Of a stretch of 64,000 nt of DNA, positions 1 through 8,440 are shown piece after piece. The notes under the pieces were generated by a model that was given only the letters and a program-made list of their open reading frames with translations, searched no databases and had not been told where the DNA came from. Position 1 is the first letter of the stretch, and every line of letters begins with the position of its first letter. Source of the stretch: an uncultured archaeon (GTDB lineage Archaea > Aenigmatarchaeota > Aenigmatarchaeia > GW2011-AR5 > JAHLMP01); assembly GCA_964428495.1 (NCBI GenBank), contig CAYRXY010000001.1:97473-161472 (forward strand), written 5' to 3'. A program made the position numbers and the translations under genes.

Positions 1-1
1 T

Positions 2-631
2 TCTATACTTGGAGTAAACGGTGCAGGTAAAACTACTTTAGCAAATGTAATAATGGGTCTTGTTGACTTAAAGAATTTAGAAGGGAAAATCATTTTTAAT
101 GGAGAAGACATTACTAAGTTAGAGACTACAGAAAGAGCAAAACTTGGAATTACATTGGCTTGGCAAAGACCTGCAAAGTTTGAGGGAATAACGGTTCGTG
201 AATATCTAGGTATAAACTCTCAGAGAAGTTCTGAGGAATGTCTTAAGTTAGTTGGGCTGAACCCAAAAGATTATTTGAATAGATTTGTTGATGATAATCT
301 AAGTGGCGGTGAACGAAAAAGAATAGAACTTGCATCGGTATTCTCGATTAATCCAAAACTTGTGATCTTAGATGAGCCAGATTCAGGAATAGATATGGCA
401 TCAATTCACGTAATAAAAAAGGTTTTATCCAAGTTCAGGGAATTTGGAACTTCTGTTTTGTTAATAACGCACAATGAGGAAATGGCAAAGATCTCGGATA
501 GAGCTGCAATAATATGCAGTGGTAAAATAGTCAAAATAGGTCCGTCAGAAAGAATAACAAAATTTTTTAAGGAACATTGTAAGAGTTGTGGTCATGTTGG
601 TAAAGTAGATGAGGCTGAGATCGATGAATGA
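2..631 (+). CDS. sufC: Fe-S cluster assembly ATPase SufC (N-terminus cut by window edge)
   Basis: Frame is open from nt 2. Walker A GVNGAGKTT, ABC signature LSGGERKRIELA, Walker B LVILDEPDSGID, H-loop LLITHN. Followed by a SufB/D-type gene. Confidence 0.85.
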   Translation, partial: SILGVNGAGKTTLANVIMGLVDLKNLEGKIIFNGEDITKLETTERAKLGITLAWQRPAKFEGITVREYLGINSQRSSEECLKLVGLNPKDYLNRFVDDNLSGGERKRIELASVFSINPKLVILDEPDSGIDMASIHVIKKVLSKFREFGTSVLLITHNEEMAKISDRAAIICSGKIVKIGPSERITKFFKEHCKSCGHVGKVDEAEIDE

Positions 632-1559
632 AAAATTGAATAAAATTTTGAATTCATATATATCTCTTGGGGGCAGTGAGTTAATTTTATCTAAACAGGT
701 TGGAAGTTTGGTTGTAGATCACAATAAGGTATTGATGAAGAATGACGTACCTGGTTTAAAGATAGGGTATAAAGAGTTAAGAGATAGTGTAGAAGTGATT
801 GTCAAAGTAGAAAACAATACTAAAATCAAAAACCCGGTTCACCTATGTTTTGGCATGACCTCAAAAACAGGTAAACAGGTGATAAGGTCAAATTTCTTAA
901 TAGGTAGGAATTCGAGTGTAAAGTTTGTTTCGCACTGTATATTTCCAAATGCAGAAAAAGTTGAACATATTATGGACTCCAAAATCAAAATTCTAGATGG
1001 GGGAAAAATGAAGTATTTAGAAGATCATTATCACTCTGAAAAGGGTGCTGTGGTTAAGCCAAGATTAAATGCGATCATCGGTAAGAATGGAATGCTAATA
1101 GAGGAGATAAAAGTAATTAGAGGAAGTGTCGGTCTTTTAGATATAGATTATAACATTCACCAAGAAGATAGAAGTTCAGTAGAACTTTTGGCCAAAGTTT
1201 ATGGAAAGAAACAAGATAGAATAAAGATAAAAGATTCTATATTTTTGGATGGAAAGTTTGCATCAGGAACGACTAAGACAAGGATTGCCCTCACAGATAG
1301 CTCTAAGGGTGAAGTGTTTGGTGAAGTTGTTGCAAATGCACCATTCACCAGAGGTCATGTAGATTGTCAGGAGATCCTAAATGGAAAAAGTGTTGTTGCA
1401 AGATCTACACCAATGATAGTCGTCAACGATCCTACAGCTAGAGTAACTCATGAAGCAGCAATAGGAAGAATAAATAGAAAAGAACTTGAAACTTTAATGG
1501 CAAGAGGTTTGAGTAAAGAAGAGGCCATGGACTTTATTGTGAATGGGTTAATGAAGTGA
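609..1559 (+). CDS. SufB/SufD-family Fe-S cluster assembly protein (short form)
   Basis: C-terminal block PTARVTHEAAIGRINRKELETLMARGLSKEEAMDFIVNG matches the conserved SufB/SufD C-terminus. Overlaps the sufC stop; alternative ATG at 624. Confidence 0.8.
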   Translation: MRLRSMNEKLNKILNSYISLGGSELILSKQVGSLVVDHNKVLMKNDVPGLKIGYKELRDSVEVIVKVENNTKIKNPVHLCFGMTSKTGKQVIRSNFLIGRNSSVKFVSHCIFPNAEKVEHIMDSKIKILDGGKMKYLEDHYHSEKGAVVKPRLNAIIGKNGMLIEEIKVIRGSVGLLDIDYNIHQEDRSSVELLAKVYGKKQDRIKIKDSIFLDGKFASGTTKTRIALTDSSKGEVFGEVVANAPFTRGHVDCQEILNGKSVVARSTPMIVVNDPTARVTHEAAIGRINRKELETLMARGLSKEEAMDFIVNGLMK

Positions 1560-2357
1560 GTTCATTCTTAATAAGAGCTCTCTAAATATTTTTACAATTG
1601 CCGGAAATCCATGTGGCGGCGACCATTCCACAATATCCGCAAACTTGAATTCACTTCTCCTTATTATTTTCACGACATCTTCAGGTCTAAAGCCGAATGC
1701 AACAGGCGATGATGTTGTTGCGTAAATATAATCAAGTACGTCAACATCTATTGATAGATAATCTACTATACCTCTAAAATTCAGATCCCTAGATATTCTT
1801 ATTCCATTTTTTAATGTAAAATCTATTTCACTTTTTAGGACATCTCTGTATCCCTGGATCGTGATATTTTTACAGGTTTCGTATACGTATCGCATAGCAC
1901 AAGCATGTTCATATTCTTTAACATTTTCTAAAAGATCCAAGTGAGCATCTAATGAAACTAAGTTTCTCGGTTTCAGAGCCTCTACAACCATCGGTGTTAT
2001 TAGGTGATCACCTCCTAGAAATATGAATTTTGCGTTTGAATTAATCATTTTCAACTCTCTTAAAACGTTTAATACGATTTCTTTTGTTTTTTGATAATTT
2101 TTTTGTTTCACCTTTACATTCCCAACATCGTAGAATGGTATATCATATATGTCATGATTATGGTCGTCATCATATTCATAAAAATAATCAAAATATTCTC
2201 GAATCGATTTTGGTGCATTCTTTGAATCTGGCAATGATCCAAAATGTTTTGAAACAAATGGTATTCCTAAAATTAAGATTTTAGCATCTTCGATAGTATA
2301 CGGAGTTTTAATTACCTTATTTCTGATCACGTTTCTCATAAGAAAAGAGATTCTCAT
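1548..2357 (-). CDS. speB: agmatinase / ureohydrolase (arginase-fold) family protein
   Basis: Arginase-fold Mn-binding motifs GGDHLIT, LDAHLDL (DxHxD) and SIDVDVLD (DxD). Confidence 0.7.
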   Translation of the reverse strand: MRISFLMRNVIRNKVIKTPYTIEDAKILILGIPFVSKHFGSLPDSKNAPKSIREYFDYFYEYDDDHNHDIYDIPFYDVGNVKVKQKNYQKTKEIVLNVLRELKMINSNAKFIFLGGDHLITPMVVEALKPRNLVSLDAHLDLLENVKEYEHACAMRYVYETCKNITIQGYRDVLKSEIDFTLKNGIRISRDLNFRGIVDYLSIDVDVLDYIYATTSSPVAFGFRPEDVVKIIRRSEFKFADIVEWSPPHGFPAIVKIFRELLLRMNSLH

Positions 2358-2432
2358 CGAAAGATAAAAATCTCTGATATCGCTTATTGTCGATATAAAT
2401 ATTCGTCAATTTACTTAATTTTGGTGAAATCT

Positions 2433-2440
2433 TTAAATAT
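2433..2440 (+). promoter_or_regulatory. TATA-box-like element (TTTAAATA) upstream of candidate small RNA
   Basis: Match to the archaeal TTTAWATA-type TATA box. Lies about 165 nt upstream of the next CDS, which has its own TATA at 2600-2606. Confidence 0.3.
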
Positions 2441-2453
2441 AGTTTGAATTAAC

Positions 2454-2574
2454 GGGGTTTCAGGTGGTTTGATGAGAAATGTGATGGATGAAATGGACAG
2501 AACCTTACAGACCTATGAGATAAAAATAGCAGCTCCAGTAGAAATAGGCAGATATCCCCTTAGATGATTTTTTT
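2454..2574 (+). ncRNA. candidate small non-coding RNA, class unresolved
   Basis: Own TATA (2433-2440). GGGG (2454-2457) and CCCC (2556-2559) bracket the region. Internal UGAUGA-like boxes TTGATGA and TAGATGA. T7 run at 2568-2574 as a possible archaeal terminator. No plausible ORF. Confidence 0.25.
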
Positions 2575-2599
2575 CTTTTCTTCTTTCTAACTAAAACCA

Positions 2600-2606
2600 T
2601 TTAAAT
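2600..2606 (+). promoter_or_regulatory. TATA box (TTTAAAT) for the 2629 gene, leaderless spacing
   Basis: Centred about 26 nt upstream of the ATG at 2629. Confidence 0.4.
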
Positions 2607-2628
2607 CCTTTTTACTAAAGAGAATTGT

Positions 2629-2886
2629 ATGAAGATTGAACATAAGATTATGATAATATTCTCTATTGCGGGTATTATACTTGGTGACATATCTTATATG
2701 ATTGGCCAGGTAACTAATATACCAGAACTCTCAATCCTTTTGTTAATAATAGTTTGGTATGTACTTAAGATTTCATTGATAAAAGCTTGGAAACTTGAGT
2801 CAAAAACAAATCTTTTTACCAAGCATGGATTAACACTATATATCCTTCTTTGGTTGATTGTTTGGACTATTCTTTATAATTTATGA
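2629..2886 (+). CDS. small integral membrane protein, function unknown
   Basis: 85 aa with about 3 hydrophobic helices. TATA at leaderless distance. Confidence 0.4.
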   Translation: MKIEHKIMIIFSIAGIILGDISYMIGQVTNIPELSILLLIIVWYVLKISLIKAWKLESKTNLFTKHGLTLYILLWLIVWTILYNL

Positions 2887-3351
2887 TTTCTTGTTTGCCA
2901 AAGAGAATATTGCTATAATTATTATTAATCCAATGACCCAGAGCAAGTCATTATTATTTAAGTATGGAATGTAAATTGATCTGAATATTCTGTTCCATAA
3001 TGTACCGATTATAATCAATAATAAACCAAGAGTGACCATAGCGGAGGTTGTGTCAACTTTCTTTTCTCCTGATGAAAACATATTTATCAAGAAGAGTGCG
3101 AGGAATAGAACTGAGAATATGACGACAGCTACTGGAAGCATCCCCCATATACCAACTACAACTGGTCTGTATGCTATTGAGGCAAATGCAAAGACTAATG
3201 CTATTAATATATTAGATTTATATGGAAGAAATCCATGTTTTTCTTTTCTTGAAACAAATTCCAATAAACCAAATATCATAGCAAATACAAAGACGAACGT
3301 TACTGGGTACATAAAAAATTCCTGACTAAATAACTCCTCAAATCCGTACAT
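2881..3351 (-). CDS. integral membrane protein, function unknown
   Basis: 156 aa with 4-5 predicted TM helices. The antisense ORF 3032-3325 looks non-coding. Confidence 0.45.
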   Translation of the reverse strand: MYGFEELFSQEFFMYPVTFVFVFAMIFGLLEFVSRKEKHGFLPYKSNILIALVFAFASIAYRPVVVGIWGMLPVAVVIFSVLFLALFLINMFSSGEKKVDTTSAMVTLGLLLIIIGTLWNRIFRSIYIPYLNNNDLLWVIGLIIIIAIFSLANKKS

Positions 3352-3424
3352 AAGAAAAATTTGATGTGGTAAAAATAAAAAGTTTGATAAACTATTTTAA
3401 GCTTTTAATTTCAATGTGTTAGTT

Positions 3425-4399
3425 ATGAAGGTAGTAATTAACAATGCGATAATTGGAAGTTTTATCATAGGACTTATCGTGGGTGCACTTGGTTTAATCA
3501 TCGTAGGAGGATTCAATGTCTCTGGAACAGGAGTAGCAACGATGAGTGCAAATGATGCGGGAAATAAAGTTGTTGATTTTATAAACAATAATTTAGTAAA
3601 GGAGGGAACGTCAGCTTCTTTGGTTTCTGTTGAAGATTTTGACGGTCTGTACAAGGTTATAACATCTTACATTGGTCAGGAAATTCCAGTATATGTGACA
3701 AAGGATGGACACTATTTGTTTCTTTCGCAACCAATTGAGACAAATATGACTATACCAAAACCACAGAATCAACAACAGCAAAGTAAATTCGATGCACCTG
3801 ATAGAGAAAAAGCAAACATAAAGTTCTTCGTTATGGCTTTCTGTCCGTTTGGTAATCAAGCAGAAAACGGTCTCGGTCCTGTTTACAAATTGCTCGAAGA
3901 CAAGGTCGAGTGGGAACCACACTATGTAATTTACAGTAACTACGGAGGGTATCCAGACTATTGTCTGGACAAGAATGAAACATACTGTTCGATGCACGGT
4001 ATTCAGGAACTTCATGAAGATGAAAGAGAACTTTGTATCTGGAAATATTACAATCACGGTACGTGGTGGGACTTCGTCCTTGATATAAACAAGAACTGTA
4101 ACGCACAGAATGCAGATACATGTTGGAAACCAATTGCAGAGAAGTATGGAATCGATGTAACGCAGGTAGAGCAATGTGTTGAACAGGAGGGAAAAGATCT
4201 TCTTGACGCTGAATTGAAACTTGATGAGAAATATAGTGTCAGCGGATCGCCGACGGTCTTCATTAATGATAAGCAGTATAGCGGTGCAAGAACTCCAGAG
4301 GCATACAAGGAGGCTATTTGCTCTGGCTTCATAAATCCTCCAGCAGAATGTAATGAAACATTGGGCGGTGGAACGGACAGCTCACAAGGTCAGTGCTAA
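3425..4399 (+). CDS. membrane-anchored thioredoxin-fold (DsbA-like) protein, cysteine-rich
   Basis: N-terminal TM anchor. FVMAFCPFGNQ sits where DsbA-type proteins carry CxxC. C-terminal GSPTVFINDKQYSGARTPEAYKEAIC resembles the DsbA/thioredoxin cis-Pro region. Ten Cys in total. ATG at 3425; the ORF track begins at GTG 3416. Confidence 0.45.
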   Translation: MKVVINNAIIGSFIIGLIVGALGLIIVGGFNVSGTGVATMSANDAGNKVVDFINNNLVKEGTSASLVSVEDFDGLYKVITSYIGQEIPVYVTKDGHYLFLSQPIETNMTIPKPQNQQQQSKFDAPDREKANIKFFVMAFCPFGNQAENGLGPVYKLLEDKVEWEPHYVIYSNYGGYPDYCLDKNETYCSMHGIQELHEDERELCIWKYYNHGTWWDFVLDINKNCNAQNADTCWKPIAEKYGIDVTQVEQCVEQEGKDLLDAELKLDEKYSVSGSPTVFINDKQYSGARTPEAYKEAICSGFINPPAECNETLGGGTDSSQGQC

Positions 4400-4460
4400 G
4401 ATTTTTTTGATTTTTGTTTCTATTTCTCCTATTTATTTCTCCTTAATCATAATTTAATAT

Positions 4461-5504
4461 ATGAAACGTGCGTTATTCCGGAAAAAAGTAAAGGGACGGA
4501 TTCATTGCACGTTATGTCCAAGAAATTGTTTCGTTCCTGAGGGAAAGGTTGGTTATTGTGGTGTCCGTAAAACAATTAAGGGAGTTCTTTATTCATTGGT
4601 ATATGGAAGGCCAGCCTCTGTTGTGGTAGATCCTGTAGAGAAAAAACCGTTCTTTCACTTCGCTCCTGCTTCTCGTGTCCTCTCTATAGCAACGGTTGGT
4701 TGTAACTTTTCTTGTAAGTATTGTCAAAATTGGGATATCTCTCAATTTCATAAATTTAACGAATTGAACGAAGAAACAGTAAAGCAATTTAATGAAGTTC
4801 ATCCAAAGTCATTGATAGAATTAGCAAAAGAGAGAAACATAGAAGGTATGGCATGGACGTACACTGAACCGACTGTGTTCTTTGAATATTTTTATGACAC
4901 GGCACGATTAGACAAGAAACATAAATTCTACCAAGTTTGGGTTTCCAATGGTTACACGAACGTTGATGCAATAAAGAAGGCCGCAAAGTATTTGGATGCT
5001 GTTAATATAGATTACAAGGGAGATGAAGAATTTTACCGAAAGGTCGTTGGTGGTGCAAAGTTGGAGTATGTGCACGAAGCATTGGCTACCTATAAGAAGC
5101 TTGGTGTTTGGATCGAAGTTACTAATCTCCTAATTCCTGGTTATAATGACTCACCAAAAGTGATAAAGGAAATGGTAAAATGGATTGCAGATAATCTCGG
5201 TCCTGAAACGCCTTTACACTTTTCTGCTTACTATCCAGCGTATGAAATGAGTGCACCACCAACATCGTTGGAAACACTTGAGAAAGCAATAAAGATCGCA
5301 GATGAATATCTTGACTATGTTTATATAGGGAATGTTCATCATGAACGTGAGTCGACATATTGTCCTCATTGTAAGAAACTTCTGATTCGTCGCGTTGGTT
5401 TTACTGTTGAGAATGTTGGTCTTGAAAGGAAGAAAAATAAGTTCTACTGTAAACATTGCGGCCATGAGATTCCAATAAAAGGAGAAAAATGGGCAAAAAT
5501 ATAA
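4461..5504 (+). CDS. amrS: AmmeMemoRadiSam-system radical SAM enzyme (PFL-activase-like)
   Basis: Radical SAM CNFSCKYCQN (CxxxCxxC). N-terminal CTLCPRNC...GYCGVR. C-terminal zinc-ribbon Cys pairs CPHC and CKHC. Confidence 0.75.
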   Translation: MKRALFRKKVKGRIHCTLCPRNCFVPEGKVGYCGVRKTIKGVLYSLVYGRPASVVVDPVEKKPFFHFAPASRVLSIATVGCNFSCKYCQNWDISQFHKFNELNEETVKQFNEVHPKSLIELAKERNIEGMAWTYTEPTVFFEYFYDTARLDKKHKFYQVWVSNGYTNVDAIKKAAKYLDAVNIDYKGDEEFYRKVVGGAKLEYVHEALATYKKLGVWIEVTNLLIPGYNDSPKVIKEMVKWIADNLGPETPLHFSAYYPAYEMSAPPTSLETLEKAIKIADEYLDYVYIGNVHHERESTYCPHCKKLLIRRVGFTVENVGLERKKNKFYCKHCGHEIPIKGEKWAKI

Positions 5505-5506
5505 GA

Positions 5507-5578
5507 TGGACCGGCTGGGATTTGAACCCAGGATCTCCGCCATGCCGAGGCGGCGTCCTTCCGCTAGACCACCGGCCC
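5507..5578 (-). tRNA. tRNA-Ala (anticodon GGC), no intron, no encoded CCA
   Basis: Hand-folded cloverleaf. Acceptor GGGCCGG/CCGGTCC with the G3:U70 Ala identity pair and A73. Anticodon arm CCGCC-TCGGCAT-GGCGG. T arm CTGGG-TTCAAAT-CCCAG. Confidence 0.8.
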
Positions 5579-5581
5579 TCA

Positions 5582-6130
5582 CTAAGTTCTATTTTCTTGA
5601 AATTTTAAACATTTTATTTTTCTTAATTTTATCCACCCGATCCACAAGAGAATTATTAAAACTAGAAGGAATATCCAACTAATGTAGTGTATATAATTAA
5701 ATGATTCTGGTCCAAAAATAGAGACTGATAAGAAGACAAGGGAAATTCGCATTATATTTGCAAATATAAAAATTGGTGATAGAACAATTCCACTGAGTTT
5801 ATCTTTTAGCTTTGATGGTGTTGAGAAAATTAGTGCTAGGAAAACAACTATTGACTTCCATCCTGTACAATCAAAATCTATGAAACCACCGAAAGAACCG
5901 GATACCGTTTCGATAGTTAATAGTAGACCGCTTAGACTAGCTTTGATACCAAAGAATTTTAGAATGTCTAAAACAGATATTGCTATGAATTTCTGTAGAA
6001 AATAAAGTGAAGTATTCATCGTTGGAATTATGTAAATAGGAATCAAGAATATATTTAGCTTTATGATAAATATCAGGACATCGTTTAGAGTCTGATTTTT
6101 TATTTTTTTCATACAATTAAATCTTTTCAA
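5582..6130 (-). CDS. archaeosortase/exosortase-family membrane protein (small form)
   Basis: Polytopic membrane protein. Candidate Cys-Arg-His triad in family-typical contexts: DFDCTGWKS, FANIMRISLVF, FNYIHYISW. Confidence 0.6.
   Translation of the reverse strand: MKRFNCMKKIKNQTLNDVLIFIIKLNIFLIPIYIIPTMNTSLYFLQKFIAISVLDILKFFGIKASLSGLLLTIETVSGSFGGFIDFDCTGWKSIVVFLALIFSTPSKLKDKLSGIVLSPIFIFANIMRISLVFLSVSIFGPESFNYIHYISWIFLLVLIILLWIGWIKLRKIKCLKFQENRT
5602..5609 (-). promoter_or_regulatory. TATA box (TTTAAAAT on minus strand) about 27 nt upstream of tRNA-Ala +1
   Basis: Lies inside the 3' end of the upstream CDS. The spacing matches the other RNA genes in the window. Confidence 0.35.
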
Positions 6131-6161
6131 AGCTTTATTTATTAGAAAGCTTAGAGTAAAA

Positions 6162-7427
6162 ATGTTGGCGGTTAATATGGAGGTACAATTCTTAGGAGGT
6201 TGTAGGGAGGTTGGTAAGTCGGCTATTATGATTAGTTCAAAAGGAGGAACTAATGCCTTGTTAGACTATGGTATTGAACTCCAACCGGAGATAAAGTATC
6301 CTATATTTCCTAAGAGGAGGATAGATGTTGTTATACCATCGCATGCACATTTAGATCATAGTGGTTCAGTTCCACTTCTCTTCAAAAATTATGATCCAAA
6401 GGTTTTCATGACAGACGTGACTTTTGAGCTCGTGGATCTTCTTATGAAAGATTTTTTTAAGATCGCGAGAAGAAATAAAAGACTCCTTAAATTCAGTAAG
6501 AAGGAATATAAAAAAATGAAAAGGAATTTAGAAATGATAAATTATAGAGAGCCATTCTCAGTTGGTGATATAGACTTTGAACTTTACGATGCAGGCCATA
6601 TTCCAGGCTCTGCTGGGATTTTACTCACAACAGAAGGAAAGAACATTTTTTATACAGGAGACATAAAACTCAAAGATACTGAATTGTTAAAGGGCTGTGA
6701 CTTACCAAAAGATAAAATAGATCTTCTCATTATAGAATCGACCTATGGAGAAAGGAATCATCCATCAAGAAAATCTGAAGAGAGGGAATTTCTTTCCGAG
6801 GTTGATTACGCATTAAATCAAGAGGAATATGCTCTAGTTCCAGTGTTTGCTGTGGGGAGAGCACAGGAGCTGATGCTTGTATTGAAAGGATATGAAAGAT
6901 ATACAATTCTTGATGGAATGGCAAAGGAAGCTACTAGAATTATTTTGAGATATAGTAAGTATCTTCGTAGACCTGGAGATCTCGCTAAGATTTTTAACAA
7001 AATAAAAATTATAGAGAATGATAGAGATAGAAGAAATGTTTTGAAAAAACCTCATATAATTCTTGCGACTGCAGGTATGCTTAGTGGTGGCCCTATCGTT
7101 TTCTATTTGAAAAAATTAAAAGATAGAAGGGAATCAAGACTTTTGTTTGTTGGTTTTCAGGTTGAGGAAACTCCTGGTTATCACGTTCTCCAGAGTGGAA
7201 TTTATAAGAGCAATGAGGTTGAATTTGACGTTAAATGTAAAATAAGAAAGTTCGATTTCTCTGCTCATGCGGATAGAGGAGAATTATTTAAGATTATTAA
7301 GAAACTTAATCCAGAAAAGATTGTTTGTGTTCACGGAGATGATCCACAAAAATTTGCTGAGGATATTAAATCGGAGCTTGGTATGGATGCAATAGCCCCA
7401 GCTAATGGAGAGAAAATAATGTTATAG
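6162..7427 (+). CDS. beta-CASP family metallo-beta-lactamase ribonuclease (aCPSF2-like)
   Basis: MBL motif PSHAHLDHSGSVP. N-terminus FLGGCREVGKS. Length about 420 aa. C-terminal HGD motif. Confidence 0.75.
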   Translation: MLAVNMEVQFLGGCREVGKSAIMISSKGGTNALLDYGIELQPEIKYPIFPKRRIDVVIPSHAHLDHSGSVPLLFKNYDPKVFMTDVTFELVDLLMKDFFKIARRNKRLLKFSKKEYKKMKRNLEMINYREPFSVGDIDFELYDAGHIPGSAGILLTTEGKNIFYTGDIKLKDTELLKGCDLPKDKIDLLIIESTYGERNHPSRKSEEREFLSEVDYALNQEEYALVPVFAVGRAQELMLVLKGYERYTILDGMAKEATRIILRYSKYLRRPGDLAKIFNKIKIIENDRDRRNVLKKPHIILATAGMLSGGPIVFYLKKLKDRRESRLLFVGFQVEETPGYHVLQSGIYKSNEVEFDVKCKIRKFDFSAHADRGELFKIIKKLNPEKIVCVHGDDPQKFAEDIKSELGMDAIAPANGEKIML

Positions 7428-7435
7428 GGATTACC

Positions 7436-8440
7436 ATGATTCTGATCGATGGAAGTGAGAAGCATGGTGGAGGCTCGATCTTTCGCTTGGCAATAGCATT
7501 CTCTGTTCTGAGGAAGGAGCCGGTCAAAATCATAAACATACGTAGAGGAAGACCACAACCAGGTCTCAAGGCTCAACACTTACTTGGACTTAAAGCACTT
7601 GCAGAACTTTCCAATGCAGACGTTAAAGGTGCGTCTCTTGGATCGAAGGAGGTTGAATTTTATCCAGAAGAAATAGCGAAACGTAAAATAAAGATTCAGA
7701 TCCCAACAGCTGGCTCTGTTGCATTGGTCCTTCAGCCATTGATTCTAGCAAGTGTCTTTTCCAATCATAAGATCGAAGTTGAAATAAATGGTGGCGCCAC
7801 ATATGGAAAGTGGGCACCGCCAATAGATTTCTTACAAAATGTGACATTTAATCTTCTCGAGAAAATGGGATATAAGATCAATCTTTTTGTTGAAAAGTAT
7901 GGATTTTATCCAAAAGGAGGAGCAAAGGTAAAGGTTGTTATTAATCCTACCAAATCGTTAAAGCCACTGACGATAAAAGATCAGGGTAAAATTAAGTTGG
8001 TAAAAGGGATTTCTATTGCATCTAACTCTCTAAGAAAAGCAAGAGTTGCTGAGAGACAGGCGGAGACATTCAAGAAAAAAATGGAAGGAGATGTTGATGT
8101 ACGGTATTTTGATACATTATCACCCGGATCGTGCCTTACTGCGTGGGTTGAGACAGGGAATACGATCCTTGGAAACGACGAGGTTGGTGAACGTGGAGTT
8201 AGAGCTGAGATAATCGGAGAAAAGGTTGCACTAAATCTGATGAAGGAAATTGGATGTGGTGCGACACTGGATTCTTTTACTGCAGATCAACTCATCCCGT
8301 TTTTAGCTTTGACGGAAGGCAGTGTTGTAAAAATACCTCGTATGACAGGTCATGTCGAGTCAAGCCTGTGGCTTGTGGAAAAGTTCCTAGGTAAGAAGTT
8401 TGACATTAAGAAAAGTGAGTGTGTCGAAATTAGTATTTAA
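7436..8440 (+). CDS. rtcA: RNA 3'-terminal phosphate cyclase
   Basis: N-terminus IDGSEKHGGGSIFRLAIAFSVL and C-terminal TGHVESSLWLVEKFLG, carrying the catalytic His context typical of RtcA. Confidence 0.85.
   Translation: MILIDGSEKHGGGSIFRLAIAFSVLRKEPVKIINIRRGRPQPGLKAQHLLGLKALAELSNADVKGASLGSKEVEFYPEEIAKRKIKIQIPTAGSVALVLQPLILASVFSNHKIEVEINGGATYGKWAPPIDFLQNVTFNLLEKMGYKINLFVEKYGFYPKGGAKVKVVINPTKSLKPLTIKDQGKIKLVKGISIASNSLRKARVAERQAETFKKKMEGDVDVRYFDTLSPGSCLTAWVETGNTILGNDEVGERGVRAEIIGEKVALNLMKEIGCGATLDSFTADQLIPFLALTEGSVVKIPRMTGHVESSLWLVEKFLGKKFDIKKSECVEISI

Noticed and set aside
2532-2539. The octamer GCTCCAGT is shared between the candidate sRNA (2532-2539) and the first guide of the C/D sRNA (63319-63326). 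This suggested a common target.
   Set aside because: A single 8-mer match within 128 kb of two-strand sequence is near chance expectation. In the 2.5-kb locus it is not followed by a D/D' box.
4461-5504. The AmmeMemoRadiSam radical SAM gene has no adjacent AMMECR1 or Memo genes. This was considered as an orphan or novel radical-SAM system together with the Cys-rich neighbour.
   Set aside because: The three genes of this system are frequently dispersed in archaeal genomes. Nothing in the sequence links the enzyme to the neighbouring DsbA-like protein beyond adjacency.
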